Shown here piece after piece: positions 39,301-51,818 of a stretch of 64,000 bases of DNA. The notes beneath the pieces are model-generated. The model was given only the letters and a program-made list of their open reading frames with translations, had not been told where the DNA came from and searched no databases. Origin of the DNA: Bigelowiella natans CCMP2755 (lineage: Eukaryota; Protista; Cercozoa); the NCBI GenBank assembly GCA_000320545.1, contig ADNK01001859.1, positions 1-64,000 on the forward strand, in the 5' to 3' direction. The position numbers and the translations under genes were made by a program. Position 1 is the stretch's first letter, and the number at the start of each line of letters is the position of its first letter.

Positions 39301-40254
39301 GAGGGAGAGAAGAGAAATCACAGTGAGAACCCAGCACGGAATGAGACAATTCTATCCGATAGCGATAAGTCGTCATCGAGGTGGTAGTAGTAGTAGTAGT
39401 TATTTTGGACACATTTACCATGCTTTTCCGGATGCTTATCCTCATTTTTCCGACGCTCTCCTTCATTGCATTGCACTCCTTCCTGTCGCCGCAAAGGATC
39501 ATCAGAATAATAACTAACCCCGATTCGGTAAAGGAAAAGAAGTTCCAAAAGTGGTCGGTGCTAACATGAGCAGCCTCAATTATCATCATCATCATCATCA
39601 TCATTATCACCACCACCAACAACAACAACAACAACAACAATTACGACAACACCATTCATTCCTTCTCTCTTATGTCCTAGTCCCCTAATCATTACTCTTT
39701 CTTCTTGATTTCTTCCTCTTTGGCCTTAATCTCCTTCCTCATCGTTTTCACCTCCCTGACAAGCAAGCAGTTAGTCGTTGAGGCAATTCACACCGCTTTG
39801 CGTCGAGCAGGTCTCAATGAGGGATTAGAGGGAACAGTGAATATTTTGCCTAAACTTAGATTATGGAAACCATTACTCTCTCGCGTCTTTCGCCTTCTTC
39901 TTCGCTCCCTCGTGCATCTTCTTGAGATCTTCATTCAACTTCTCTATTCTCGCCCGCTGTCTATTGTGTTGGGCAAGGTTTCTTTGTAGGTCCTTCTGAT
40001 CTCCATTCTGAGTCTTGAGTTGATATCTGTGGGGTTTGTTGTTCCGGAAGAAGTGGGTGTGCAAGCGAGCAACGAGAGGATGAGTGTCAAAGAAGACGTA
40101 GAACAAGAAGAAGAAGAAGAAAAAAAATAAGGCAGCGATACTACAAGGATTGGACGAAGGTGGTGGTGGTGGTGTGGTGGCATGCAGCAGTGCTATTCGC
40201 AGTATTGCAGTGGTGAGTGGAGTATATATCATCCGTCCACAATCCATTTGCATA

Positions 40255-40292
<38 letters not shown>

Positions 40293-41183
40293 ATGTGTAT
40301 TTTTTGTGTGTATACATATTTTAGCCCGCGCGTATCTGTGTATTATAATTTTACCTCAAATCGCTGTTTTCGGTTTTGATCTTCTCAATTCTTGACTCGA
40401 GGCTCGTTATTCGGGTCTCATCTTGCGCGTGCTTTGTCCTATCAGCCTTGGCATGAAGATCCTTCTCTTTCATCTGCAACAACCATAGTCGTCTTAAGTA
40501 CATGGAAGCAGCGTGTAGAATAACAACATTCAACCTGTCTCTTTAGCTCTCGGACTTGCCTCTCTAGCTCTTCAATCCGCTCTCTGTCCTTCCACGTTTG
40601 AAGCTCGCGGGCTTTGCGTAGTCGTTGTCTATTCCTCTCCGAATCCTCCCTGACGGTAAATTATTCGCATTTTATCGTCGTCCTGTTTTGGTCCTTCTAA
40701 TCTTCATTTCGGTTGTAAAAATCTTTCAATTGCCCCAACCATTTCCTATATATTACCAGAGCTTCTTGTTTTGCTCCTGCATTGTTTGCAAAAAAAAAGA
40801 AGATAAATTAACTCATTTCACGGGGCAACCCCAACAACAAACAAAAGCGAATTACCTTCAGCTGATGGACGGTATTGATGAGCTTTGACATGTCAATCTA
40901 CAGTGTTTATCGATACAGTTAAGAAATATACCCAAGCGTCTCGCATTCAACCGAAAAGCATCATCCGCACACCAACAGCATAACATCACTGGAGGTGCAC
41001 GCTGATCGATCATGAAGCGACCATCTTCTTCTTGAAAGACGTAACGCTCTTATTCATCTTTTCGTAGCTATCGTGCTTCCAGTCATCCTCGTCTCCCCCT
41101 TGTCCTTTTGCCTCCTTCTCGCCATCCCCCGCCGCCAAGCTCCCGGAGGCGCTCGTGGACGAGGAAGGCATAGACGGATCCAT
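34058..41183 (-). CDS. Large hypothetical protein: N-terminal coiled coil and low-complexity/helical C-terminal part (multi-exon, model uncertain)
   Basis: Coiled-coil exons (RERIEELERQVRELKRQ, RITSLESRIEKIKTENSDLR, EQEEVIAQLQKELQDLRE, RREYDTKVERLTEENCRLQRLLDEL) and later helical exons interrupted by poly-S/T/E. Terminal exon ...LFTLKGNVASGVEG* at 34058. Start may be the upstream ATG at 41225. Confidence 0.6.
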
Positions 41184-41606
41184 CTTCCTCGGGATATCAC
41201 TTAAACCTGCATTAATTCTAGTCATTTATTTATACCCAAAACATCTTTTATAAATACATAGACATTTGTTTCATCGGTCCGTCTGAATAACGCGTCCTCG
41301 AAAAACTTGTTCTGGATATCATATACCAAATATATCTTATATATTCGGTCTAGTATTGTCGCTCCGATGGCAAGTGGGCGATGAGAAAGACCGGATGCAA
41401 CCGAGGGCAACCTCGACCGTCACATTTTAGTAATACGATGTTTCTAGAGTTATTCCGCTGAATTTCCTTGTCGCATAGTATAAATGCCCTATTCTATGCG
41501 AAATTACGTTCCGGTCAGAACACGTACGAATTGGACTCTCGTGTACTCACTCCCCCCAACACAGCGTGATCATTAAAGACATTCTCTGTTCTTCGACGGC
41601 CCGTCC

Positions 41607-43187
41607 ATGCGGTGGAGCCTGGATGAGCCGTTCCCTTTAGAGTCAAATGGCGTGTACATTGGCGCCATTATCCTCGGAGTCGGGATCATAGTTGCGGTAG
41701 TAAATCGAACTTAATGCAAACGATGATGCAATATGTGTTCGGGTGCTGGCATTTGACCGTGGGGGCGTTGCAATGATCATCAGGCAATTGTCACGACGTC
41801 AAATTATCTCGCAAGGATACCGAGCGCTTCCAAGGGAAAGTAATAATTATTTATGCTTCACATTTGGTGATCGCATCGTCAGTACATATGCCCAGAGCAC
41901 ATGAATAATTGTCACCACTTATCAGGCGTCGTTCTGGGTGCTCATGCCCGTTGGACGAGTCCCAGCTCGGTGTTTGCTCAGGTATTTCATTTATGCACGC
42001 GGTTTAATGAGTCACGCCTGGTTTTTCTCATAATCGAATATCGTACATGCACACAGCAGAAAGATGATTTTACTATTCTTCCACGCTTCATACACTTTAT
42101 TGTTTGAATTTCTTTCTCAGTGTTCCTGGTAGAGTCTGCTGTGTTCTATGGCCCTATCTCTCTTTCTTGCTTGGATATATACAACGACAGGTAATCAGCA
42201 ACGCACAGGATTTTTGTTGTTGAACGAGCTTACGACAACTACAATGATTTTTCACGTACGATTCTCCTATTGCAGTCCGATTGTGATGGGGTACTGGACC
42301 TTAGTCTTACTGTTGCTAAGTTTATTCATCTATCTGGAGATAAAAGACCCTGCAGCCTCACAACATACAGATCCGCTACCAATTGCCTGCTACTGTGAAG
42401 AGGTACAGCTCAAACACGAACAAGCATCATTCCTATCTTAAGACTCCGTTGAAATATTCTTGGTGCATCTTTGATGGCATATTTATATGTCCATTGCTGC
42501 CATTGACTATGTGATTAGTGCGGGGATTGGTATCAAGGCAGGTTTCGTAAACATTGCTACAGGTTAGCAGCCGACAGCAGATACTAGCTCAAAAAAATGC
42601 TACTGATAGGGATGAGAGAGAAAAATGTATTTTTCAAATAGTCTTTGGAGAGTTAAGGACGTAAAATATAAGTTAACTTTTATGCTTCAAAGCTTCTTAT
42701 TGTCGAAGCTAGTATTCGTCATGGCCATGTCGTAGGTTGAAAATACCGACTGTTTTAAGCATCATTACTCTTCTTGAACTCGCATCATTTTGGACAAAAC
42801 TTTAACGAGAAGATCTGTGATGATGGAAACGAAATCTATGTCTGTTCATGTCTTAATCAGTCATTTGTGTGTCGTGTTAGCGTATTATTGTGACTACTCT
42901 CACGTTAATTATTACTGTTTGTGGTACAAATCAACTATGCGGACGTTTCACCCATCATCTACCTTCATCATCCTAGCTGCAACAAATGTGTTCTCGGGTA
43001 ATAGTAATAATAATAATAATAAATCCACAATAACACGACAACAACAATTTAAAAATTGACTAGCGACAGCAGCGGGACGAGCATGAGACTCCTCAGCAGC
43101 ACTGTGGAAATCATCGATAGTATCCCCAGCTAGCGTTAGGCTTGGGAAAACTATCATCAGCGATTTTCGTAGCTCTGCTGTCTATTT

Positions 43188-43219
<32 letters not shown>

Positions 43220-43690
43220 AAGAAGAGGAAGATATAGCGCCAAGTCACAGATTCCCTTTGCAGCACTAACTAGCACATGTTGCTGGGAGGGTTCCAACGT
43301 TTTATTGACTATTGAACGACGACTGATGTCCATTCGTGCATAAATACATATGACATCAGATTCGACCACCATTGCCACTACATCAACCAGTGTGTAGGTA
43401 GTAAGTAGTAGCAGCAGCACCACTTGACTGATGGTGAATCGTCGTAGGTTCTCATACCCCTTATTGTTGTGTTGGTGGTAGTAGCTTTTTGTAGCACTTA
43501 GTGGATGCATGTTTCTTACCCCCTTTTTAGTATATTACGACTAGAGGGGCCACAAGTATTTATTGTATGTAGTTTGTTTCTTAGCTCATCGCAGTGACAC
43601 CTGCAGTCTTTAAGCTTGTTTGTTATCTACAATGTTAATCCTTAGGCCGAGAAAACTACAAGCCATGGCTGCTGTTCATATTAGGTTGTT

Positions 43691-43721
<31 letters not shown>

Positions 43722-44202
43722 CAGTAGTAGGAGAAGCAGCATTAACATATCTCCAGCTATTAATCATCTTTATCATCATCCTTTTTCGTGATCTTCTTCA
43801 TTTGGATGCCCTCTCTTTTTTTCCCTCTTCTTCCTCTTGCTTTCCCCCCTTCTCGTTGATATCTATGTTCTCACAAACCAATAACGACAACCCACCAGTT
43901 GCTTTCTTCGCGGCGCTGGTTCAAGAGATCATGACGGTGAGAGAGAGGGGAGAGAGAGATAGAAAGAAAGCAAAAACTCTTCCATAATGCATACCAATCT
44001 CCATGCCAGCTCTCCTTACACACGAGATATCGTTTGACGAAAACATGATACATGCCGCTGAATTAATATTAACAAACGAAAAGGTTCATGCTGTGATCTA
44101 CGCCTTCACTCCCTCCTCCGAGTGTCAGAGAAATGTGGATCAATACTTGGGGTTCCACTTCTTCTTTGCTTTAGCGGTGATAACCTTACGCGTGTGTGTG
44201 TG

Positions 44203-44247
<45 letters not shown>

Positions 44248-44253
44248 AGAGAG

Positions 44254-44313
<60 letters not shown>

Positions 44314-45153
44314 GGGAATTTAGAAAGTGAGAACATTATCGAAGACCTCCTCTCCTCTTTCCACCTCTCCCTCCTCCTCATCATTGCAGATTGGGAGTTT
44401 CGTGATTCTTGGACTCGGGATCTTTGCACTTGGCAGCTTAGTATATGAACAGGTATAGCGGTGTTGTCGTCGTCGTCGACATCATCATCATCATCACCAT
44501 CTTCCCATTTATGGTATACTAGACAGAGCATAGCAACGATGAAGATTATAATTATAGTGAGTGTACAGTGGCATGATAGTGACTATAGTGATGATGATGA
44601 TGATGATGATGATGATGACGATGATAATGAGGATGCGTTTTTACAGATAAAAGTAAATCTAGTCTCAAGGAAGTATGGAGGGGCATTCGTTTCGTCCTTC
44701 ATGTGGTGGGGTAACAGGTAGTCGTAGTAAGTAGCATCATAAGCGTGATATGAGGTGATGACGGGGTGGTGATAAGGTTGTTGGCTACGCTCTACATAAG
44801 TGCGTTTCTGATAGCAGCCAACATGATAGTGAAGAGTCAGAGGGACAATGTTTTACATTGCGGTTACTCTTTGGGTCCTTTTGTAAGTCGTTCCTGACCT
44901 CCTCCTCCTCCTCCTCCTCCTCCCTCTCTTTCCACCTCTCTCTGCCCCAAGCTACAAGCAAGAGCATCATGTAGAAGTGCTACATCAGGTGGGTGGAAAA
45001 TTCTACTGGTGTTTGCTGCTGCTGCTCGCGTGCTTTCCGTTGATTCTCTTTGCCTCTTCTCTGGATACATTGTCAGAAATGTGGTGTTGGCAGTTCTGTT
45101 GTGCGCTTCTCCTCCTCCTCGTCATTATTTTGACCACCATCGCACTTGTCATG

Positions 45154-45187
<34 letters not shown>

Positions 45188-47788
45188 GACTATCATTGAT
45201 GTTGTTGCCGTTTCTTCTACTACTGCAGGCCTTGCTGAATTGGCGATATATGATACACCAAAGGGTGATTCTGACATTCCATCGCAAGTACAAAGAGGCC
45301 AAAAAGGGGGGCTACGCTGAAAAAGGTCGGAGAAGGAGAGAAAGTGAGAGACAGTCAGAGAGAGAGAGAGAGAGAGAAGGGGGGGGGGGGGGGAGCAGTT
45401 AGTACAGTGTATCATTGATAGGTAAGCTAATCAACAGATGCTGCTATATGCGATTGTCCTTGTCTTCTTCATTGACTGTTCTGCTACCTTGTGTTTACGT
45501 TATGTTTGCTCCCAAAGATTATCAAATGGAAGTGCAGCTACCTGACAACAGTAAAACACTGCCTTCGGGTAGAAGTACAAGTCGAGGCCTTTGCTCGTCT
45601 TCGCTCTTTTGCTGCTACTGCTGTGCCCCCTCCACCTCACCGCTGCCATCTCCTCCGAATGGCGATTCTAATGCCGGTATACTCCCTTTTCCTTTACATT
45701 CCTTTTATCCAGTCCTATCACGCCACATCTTCTCTTTAGTTTTTGAGTTGGAGACAGTGCATGAGAGCGTGTTTTTGGTGGTATCAGCGGAAATAGCTGA
45801 CGATGACGGCCAAACATACAAGCTTATTCACGGTGCTTTTGCAAAAGGAAGAGGGGGGAAGAAGAATCGTTCAGAGTTGAGCAGAGATGAGTCACATTAT
45901 GGCAATAGAAGCAGCCTATGGGAGGAGGGGGAAGAAATAACAATAATTTGTTGTGCCTATGACAGACACGTCAGTACATGTATGTCATCAAACAGATTGG
46001 TTGGTGCTTTCTTTATCACCACCATCGTTATCATCGTCATCATCATATTGCTATAGAGTGCTACATTGTGACTATGATCGTCTGAAGCGTATGACTATGA
46101 ACATGCTGCAGAAAATGAAGGGCTGCTAGATATTGCAGGAAAAGGAGACTTTCAAGTCTCAGCGTACCAGGTTCTTGTCAACAATGAGGGTGTATGATGA
46201 GGGAAGAGAGATCAGTTGTGAGAAGTGAAGATGATTAAATTTTTGACGCCGGCACCCCCCATAACCACCTCAGGCCGCACCAAAGCTAAATAGAGACTTT
46301 TGGCTGATGAATGCCACGTTATCAGGATATCTCACATGGTGTGTGCTAATGTGTGTGTGCGCGCGCGCGCGCTCGTGTGTGTAGACTTGATCAATGAAAA
46401 TGAGTATGTTAGTGTAAATAAGTGCACTTTAGAACACAACACCATCTACGTCGCCATTTTTACCATATTGCATGAACTTTGATAGGAGCGACATAGAAGC
46501 TTGCTCGAAGTGTGTAGAATGGCCTTTATCCGAGAAGGTAACTAACGTCATCTACACGTGCAAGCTAGCAGAGGATGACGTGATATGTGCTTTGCTCATA
46601 ATGATGATGATGATGGACTGATAATGCCAGGAATGCAAATGGATGATTTCATTACCGAGTTTATTGAGTTCGGACGTGAACCAAAACGGCGACGTGAAGA
46701 AGAAGAAGAACGACGGTGATAAGAAGGGAAACGAGAAGAAAAGTCAATTCTCCCAATTTGGGTTAGGACAAAAGGTTGATCGATTTTTTCCGTTGAAAAA
46801 GACAAACATTATGCTTCATTTTGGGTGTTAGCTGTTCATTGACATGTTTACGATATCCTTCACATCCGAGCTCTGTATGTGTGGTTGTGTAAATATTGTG
46901 TGTGTGGGAAGGGGGGGGGGGGTATTTGGATGGTGTACATTCTTTGGACACATGCACTGACCCGACAAATGAAACAGGGAGAAGGAGGAAAGCAACACCA
47001 TGGACTTCTTAAATCGCCGCCATACATCGAGATAGTTCCGGTATTGATAAAAGTACAGGAGAGTGTAGGGAGGGAGAATCAATCAACACTGTGTATGTAT
47101 ACGAAACAACGGACAATTGATTGACTATGCTACTGTCCCCCAAAGACATTTAACCACAATTCGATCGTAACGTGAAATTGGATGTTTCTCCTCACATCAT
47201 CCGCTCAGGAAGATGACCAGCAACTCGTCCAAGAGGGAGGGTTGGGAGAGAGGAAGGCCCCTTCTTCCGTGCAAACTGCATCTTTCAACCCATCATCAAC
47301 ATCGACTAGAATCTCTCTCAGGCATTATTTACAAATTACCACAATACATAAATGGAACAACTACTACACGACATTCGATGAATTTGCCTTTCTTAAAAAT
47401 CCCAATAGAGGTGCTCGATACAGTAGAGGAGATAGTTTTAATAGTAACAATGTTAGTTATTATCGTATTATCAGAGCTTCATTATACTGTTCTCTTCTTC
47501 CACAACCATCCACTTACTTTCTTCTTATTTTCAGTGATTATCGCCGTCTGATGGACATGACACAACCCATCAAAATTACGAGGAGAGAACTGCAGAACGT
47601 AGAAAACCATAGAATAGCATGAGCATCCCCTATTAGATCGAGGAAGATGTTCTTACTATCGTTGCTACTGATGTGCTGTTAAGTTCATGATGATGACACA
47701 AGGGCGACCAGTTGCGGTGCTATGTCTCTGGACAAGAATCATGAAATTATGATGAAACTATTTTCTTCTCTCGCCCTTCTTTGAGTGC

Positions 47789-47828
<40 letters not shown>

Positions 47829-47965
47829 CTGTTTGACTCCTGGCAGCAAATTCATTTTTTCTGATTTCGTAATACTGCGTTAGGTGTTCCAATGGCTCTC
47901 CTCGTCGTCTTCTTCTTCATCATCAGCACAACTACTTTCAGCAAAGAAAATTGAACAACTCCAGG

Positions 47966-48033
<68 letters not shown>

Positions 48034-48898
48034 TTTATGATCCCAGAATGATCTGAGTTGGCGAAGCTGGGCGTGTGTGTTGTATGTTGGCTGGATTTAA
48101 TATATATTTCCCCAGCTTTTCCCTCTGCATTCATTCTTGCTCACACGGGAGTGCTTTCATAGGAGGCGGTTGTTATCTTATACATATGGACACGTACTAC
48201 GTAATAATCAGATCACGCCTAAGTCCTGGAAAAGGGCTTTGCGACGGTTTAGCCTGAATCCACAAATACAAGAGGAAATACAAGGGATTCATGCAGCATA
48301 TCCTAGTAAGTAGTTGTATGAGCACTAATGGTGTGATGTGTGCAAAAGCTTTCAATATTTTCGTGTCTAGGTTGTGGCGTGCTTGTCGTACATTCGTGTC
48401 CATTGACTCAAGGTCTTAACTATTTCAATCCCCTCCCTTCTCATCTTTCAGGTAAGAGGGAGTTTTCGCCAGCCTCGTCGATTGACGCCTTACAGGTGTA
48501 CTATGTGGGTTTTGCTGATGATGAAAATGCGTAACTAGGGAATTATGATAAAGAAATGTTTATTACGTGCTGTAGATCCCTATGAAAGACCTGGAATCTA
48601 TGATCTTGTGGGCCACGGGCAATAAGTCCGATCAACTTGTAAGTAGCACTTTAGCCAAGCTTATTGATCAGAGTAGCAATGCCATTGGGGCATTCGTTCA
48701 TTTTTGTTGCATAAAATCCTGACTGTTCTGAAACTAAATGCTCAATGGGTTTTTGTCCTGCGAAGAGCATGTGTTGCAGGACAAAAATTGCCCATTTGTA
48801 TGTAGTAGCGATGATAATACCGAGATGACCTAGAAGAAAACGGAACTCCGGAAAATTGCGACTTACATTAGAAGCACAGAGTACAGTATGCTAAACTG
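41607..48898 (+). CDS. DHHC (zDHHC) protein S-palmitoyltransferase with a long C-terminal extension (3' end uncertain)
   Basis: Splicing small exons (42519-42562, 42977-42997, 43360-43397, 43646-43684) gives [52 protein letters not shown], a complete DHHC-CRD flanked by TM helices. An in-frame GT-AG exon path continues through about 45.7-47.4 kb. The last exons (47.4-48.9 kb) are less certain. Confidence 0.8.
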
Positions 48899-49618
48899 AT
48901 GATTCCTGATTGTGCTTCTTTTTAAACTAAAGAGTTGGCCAGAGTTTCTGGCGGTTGTAAGTAAAAAGACATGAAAAAGCTCAGCAAGATCATATACAGG
49001 TAGGTTGTGTGGCATCCACCATTCAGCATTCAGACATGGCGTCATTATGTTGATTATTAGTAGCTAAGCGTACACGATATGTGTTAGCCTAGCATAGTCA
49101 CTAAGATATGCGTACGAAGGTCACTAGCTTTACCGACGTGTGTCATGCATGGCTAAAAAATATAGCAAGCTAAGTAAAATGATTTCAATCGAGTGAAATC
49201 ATATTTCGTTCATACGTCATGCATTGGTTGAGCTGTGCACGATGCGATGTGGGTCACAGGCTAGTGGGGTGCGATCATTTTTCCTGTTTAGTAGTCATTT
49301 GTATATATTTGCAATCCTTACGTGCTAGCGTGTCCGTGCTGTAGCGCTCGCTCGCCTCATGACATCCAGATCGATGTGCTTTCCTCGACCCGCCGCCACA
49401 TCTACTATATGCTATGTAGCTAGGCACACAGCAGCAGCTGCTCGGCGAGCGCGCCGCAAGTAGGCGACTTTTCTCATTTTAGGTCGCAGCACACTGACAA
49501 TTGACACGGTGTCCTACTGTATAGCACGTTGTACATAGCAGAGACTAAGCTATGCGCTATCGCAGCACATTCATCACCAAGCACGTACCCACATATCGCA
49601 TGTGTGTAAATACATTTA

Positions 49619-49620
<2 letters not shown>

Positions 49621-49664
<44 letters not shown>
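49621..49664. repeat. (CA)n microsatellite
   Basis: Perfect CA run in a convergent intergenic spacer. Confidence 0.95.
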
Positions 49665-49666
<2 letters not shown>

Positions 49667-49912
49667 TGTGCCCATTATAGATCGTATGAAATAAATGCTA
49701 CATCCTTATTTTCAAAATATCACCGATCTTGTTCTCATATGGTGGTACATTTTTCTTGGTTTACGATTTAAACCAGATCAAGCACCAACACAAATTTTTA
49801 TTGGATGCCACTGCACGCATTCTCACAAACACGCCCAGCAAGATGAGTTAATTGCAGCGGTTTAAGATATTCTTGTCAAAGATCCACATTTCTTAAGCCA
49901 GAGTTCCACTAA

Positions 49913-50801
49913 TTACTCAGCCTTCTTTTGCTCTTCTGCAAGGGCAGATAACTGTACATTGAGATTATGAACAGTGATTAGATTAATCTTACAAATAAAA
50001 ACATTAAAACTACATTTACCTTCTTTTTTAGTTCTTCTATCTCTTTGTCCTTTGCCTCAAGTTGTACTTTCTGCTCCTTTACCTGATAAGGATGACGACG
50101 AGCATAACTTAAGCTATGGTGGCTGGTGACAACAGTAACGATGGCGAATATTCACAATGCTTTCTCAGTATTATCATCCCCACACACCTGTGCTTGTAGC
50201 TTGTCAACGTCTCCACCTGGAGCTGGGGGGCCCATGCTGTCCTTGATAAAGCTACGAATAGTGTATTATTATTTTAGTATATTTCGAGGATATGGCTTGC
50301 TATATGAAACTAATTGATCTTAACTTAAAATTACCGAACATTGGCACTTGTCATTTAAAATCATTCGAATACTTTACATCATGACATAGTCAGAATATTT
50401 GGTTTTGTTTTATAATATCTTCGGAAAAGAGAAACGTCCTTTGCTTCTTTGTAATTACTTGATAGCGTTCTGTGGTTTCTCTGGGCATTCGTATAGATTC
50501 ACCAAGACTGAACAAGGTATGATAATATCAGATTTCATTTTGCAAAACATTTATCTTCTTCCCCCCATATTTTCCCGCACGAATTTACCTTTTGTGAGTG
50601 TGTCGATGACGCCACTCTTTTCTAGATACTTTTGGAATTCCTCTTTTCTGGATTCAGCCTAGTGTATTCGAAATATGTCACAGTATATCAGCATACATTT
50701 TACTTCTCACACATTCTAAACTTTTCACATCCTCCCTTTCGATAACATCCAATGCAGAATGATTTATTTCACACAAACCTGTGTGTGTGTGTGTGTGTGT
50801 G

Positions 50802-50857
<56 letters not shown>

Positions 50858-50923
50858 TATATAGTATTCAGGGGGTGCATGCAGAAAAGTCCAGATTCTA
50901 GAAAAGGGTGCATTCAAGACCAT
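49913..50923 (-). CDS. MYCBP: c-Myc-binding protein (MYCBP/AMY-1) homologue (5 short exons)
   Basis: AESRKEEFQKYLEKSGVIDTLTK|VLVNLYECPEKPQNAI..FIKDSMG plus a short coiled coil matches MYCBP (KREQFRRYLEKSGVLDTLTKVLVALYEEPEKP). The start is inferred as an ATG-only first coding exon at 50921-50923. Confidence 0.88.
50780..50850. repeat. Compound (GT)n(GA)n microsatellite in the putative first MYCBP intron
   Basis: Visible directly. Similar compound repeats at about 44190-44308 and 47968-48029. Confidence 0.95.
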
Positions 50924-51818
50924 AGTAGTCGGAAGAAGGCCAGGTAGGAAGAGGGCGGGAGGGCGGGTTTTGTAGTTTGCTGTTTGGTTAGCTTTCAACA
51001 GTAGATTGCAATAACGGACAACGAAATTCCTTTCATTTAATTTTTACGACAAATTAATTTGCTCTATTTCAATCTATTTTATTCGGCATTATGAAATTCG
51101 TCATCGGAAAACGTGGAGAATTAGGATGGAAACCTCAATGTTTTGTGAGAGTTGAGCTGTTCCAAAATAGATCTCGCAAAGAGGATATCCTTGGTAATTT
51201 CTTACATACGACATACAATTACTACTCATCTTCTGATAAAAAGAGATTTCAGAGCATCAAAATACTACGGAAAATATCCTGGATTGCCATCTGAATTACT
51301 GTCTTCCCGGCGATACAGCAAATTGATACATGCATCACCAAATATTTTGTGCATGTTGCCCACAAGCAGCGAACATGCGATCATTTTTAGCCAGTTGTTT
51401 GGCCAATCTTTCTCGGCGTCTGATGTCAGCTTACTATTGACGCACGGAGCGAACATGTTCCATTCCCAACTCAGCAACTTGAAGCTCAGCTTTTTTATGG
51501 CTGAGAATTTTTTTGAGAATTCCGGTTTTGGAAATCGAATTGCGAATACCGCCACCATTCAAGGGCTGAAAGAAGAGATCAGTTGTGATATTGGGTAGAA
51601 ATTGGCTGCCTTTGGTTTAAACGAAAAGTCAAGTTGGTCTGAGTTGCTGGATTCTCTTGGAATGGCTCCCGAGACGTGATACGGAAGACGTGTGAGACTT
51701 GACTAAAGGAGGTTGGTGAAAGTATATAGCCTTACTAACATGAATTAAACCATCCAGACCCAATCTAATCATTTGTCTTCTTGGTCGTGAAGGTGAATCA
51801 TCAAACGGAGTGACAAGC

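Noticed and set aside
35180-39640. Many ORFs with poly-H, poly-M, poly-D, poly-C or poly-I
   Set aside because: Trinucleotide microsatellites in introns and low-complexity exons keep frames open by chance. They are not independent genes.
51091-51598. 148-aa and 97-aa ORFs between MYCBP and ERO1
   Set aside because: No motifs, the 148-aa ORF has a non-ATG start, and the composition matches the A/T-tract divergent promoter spacers.
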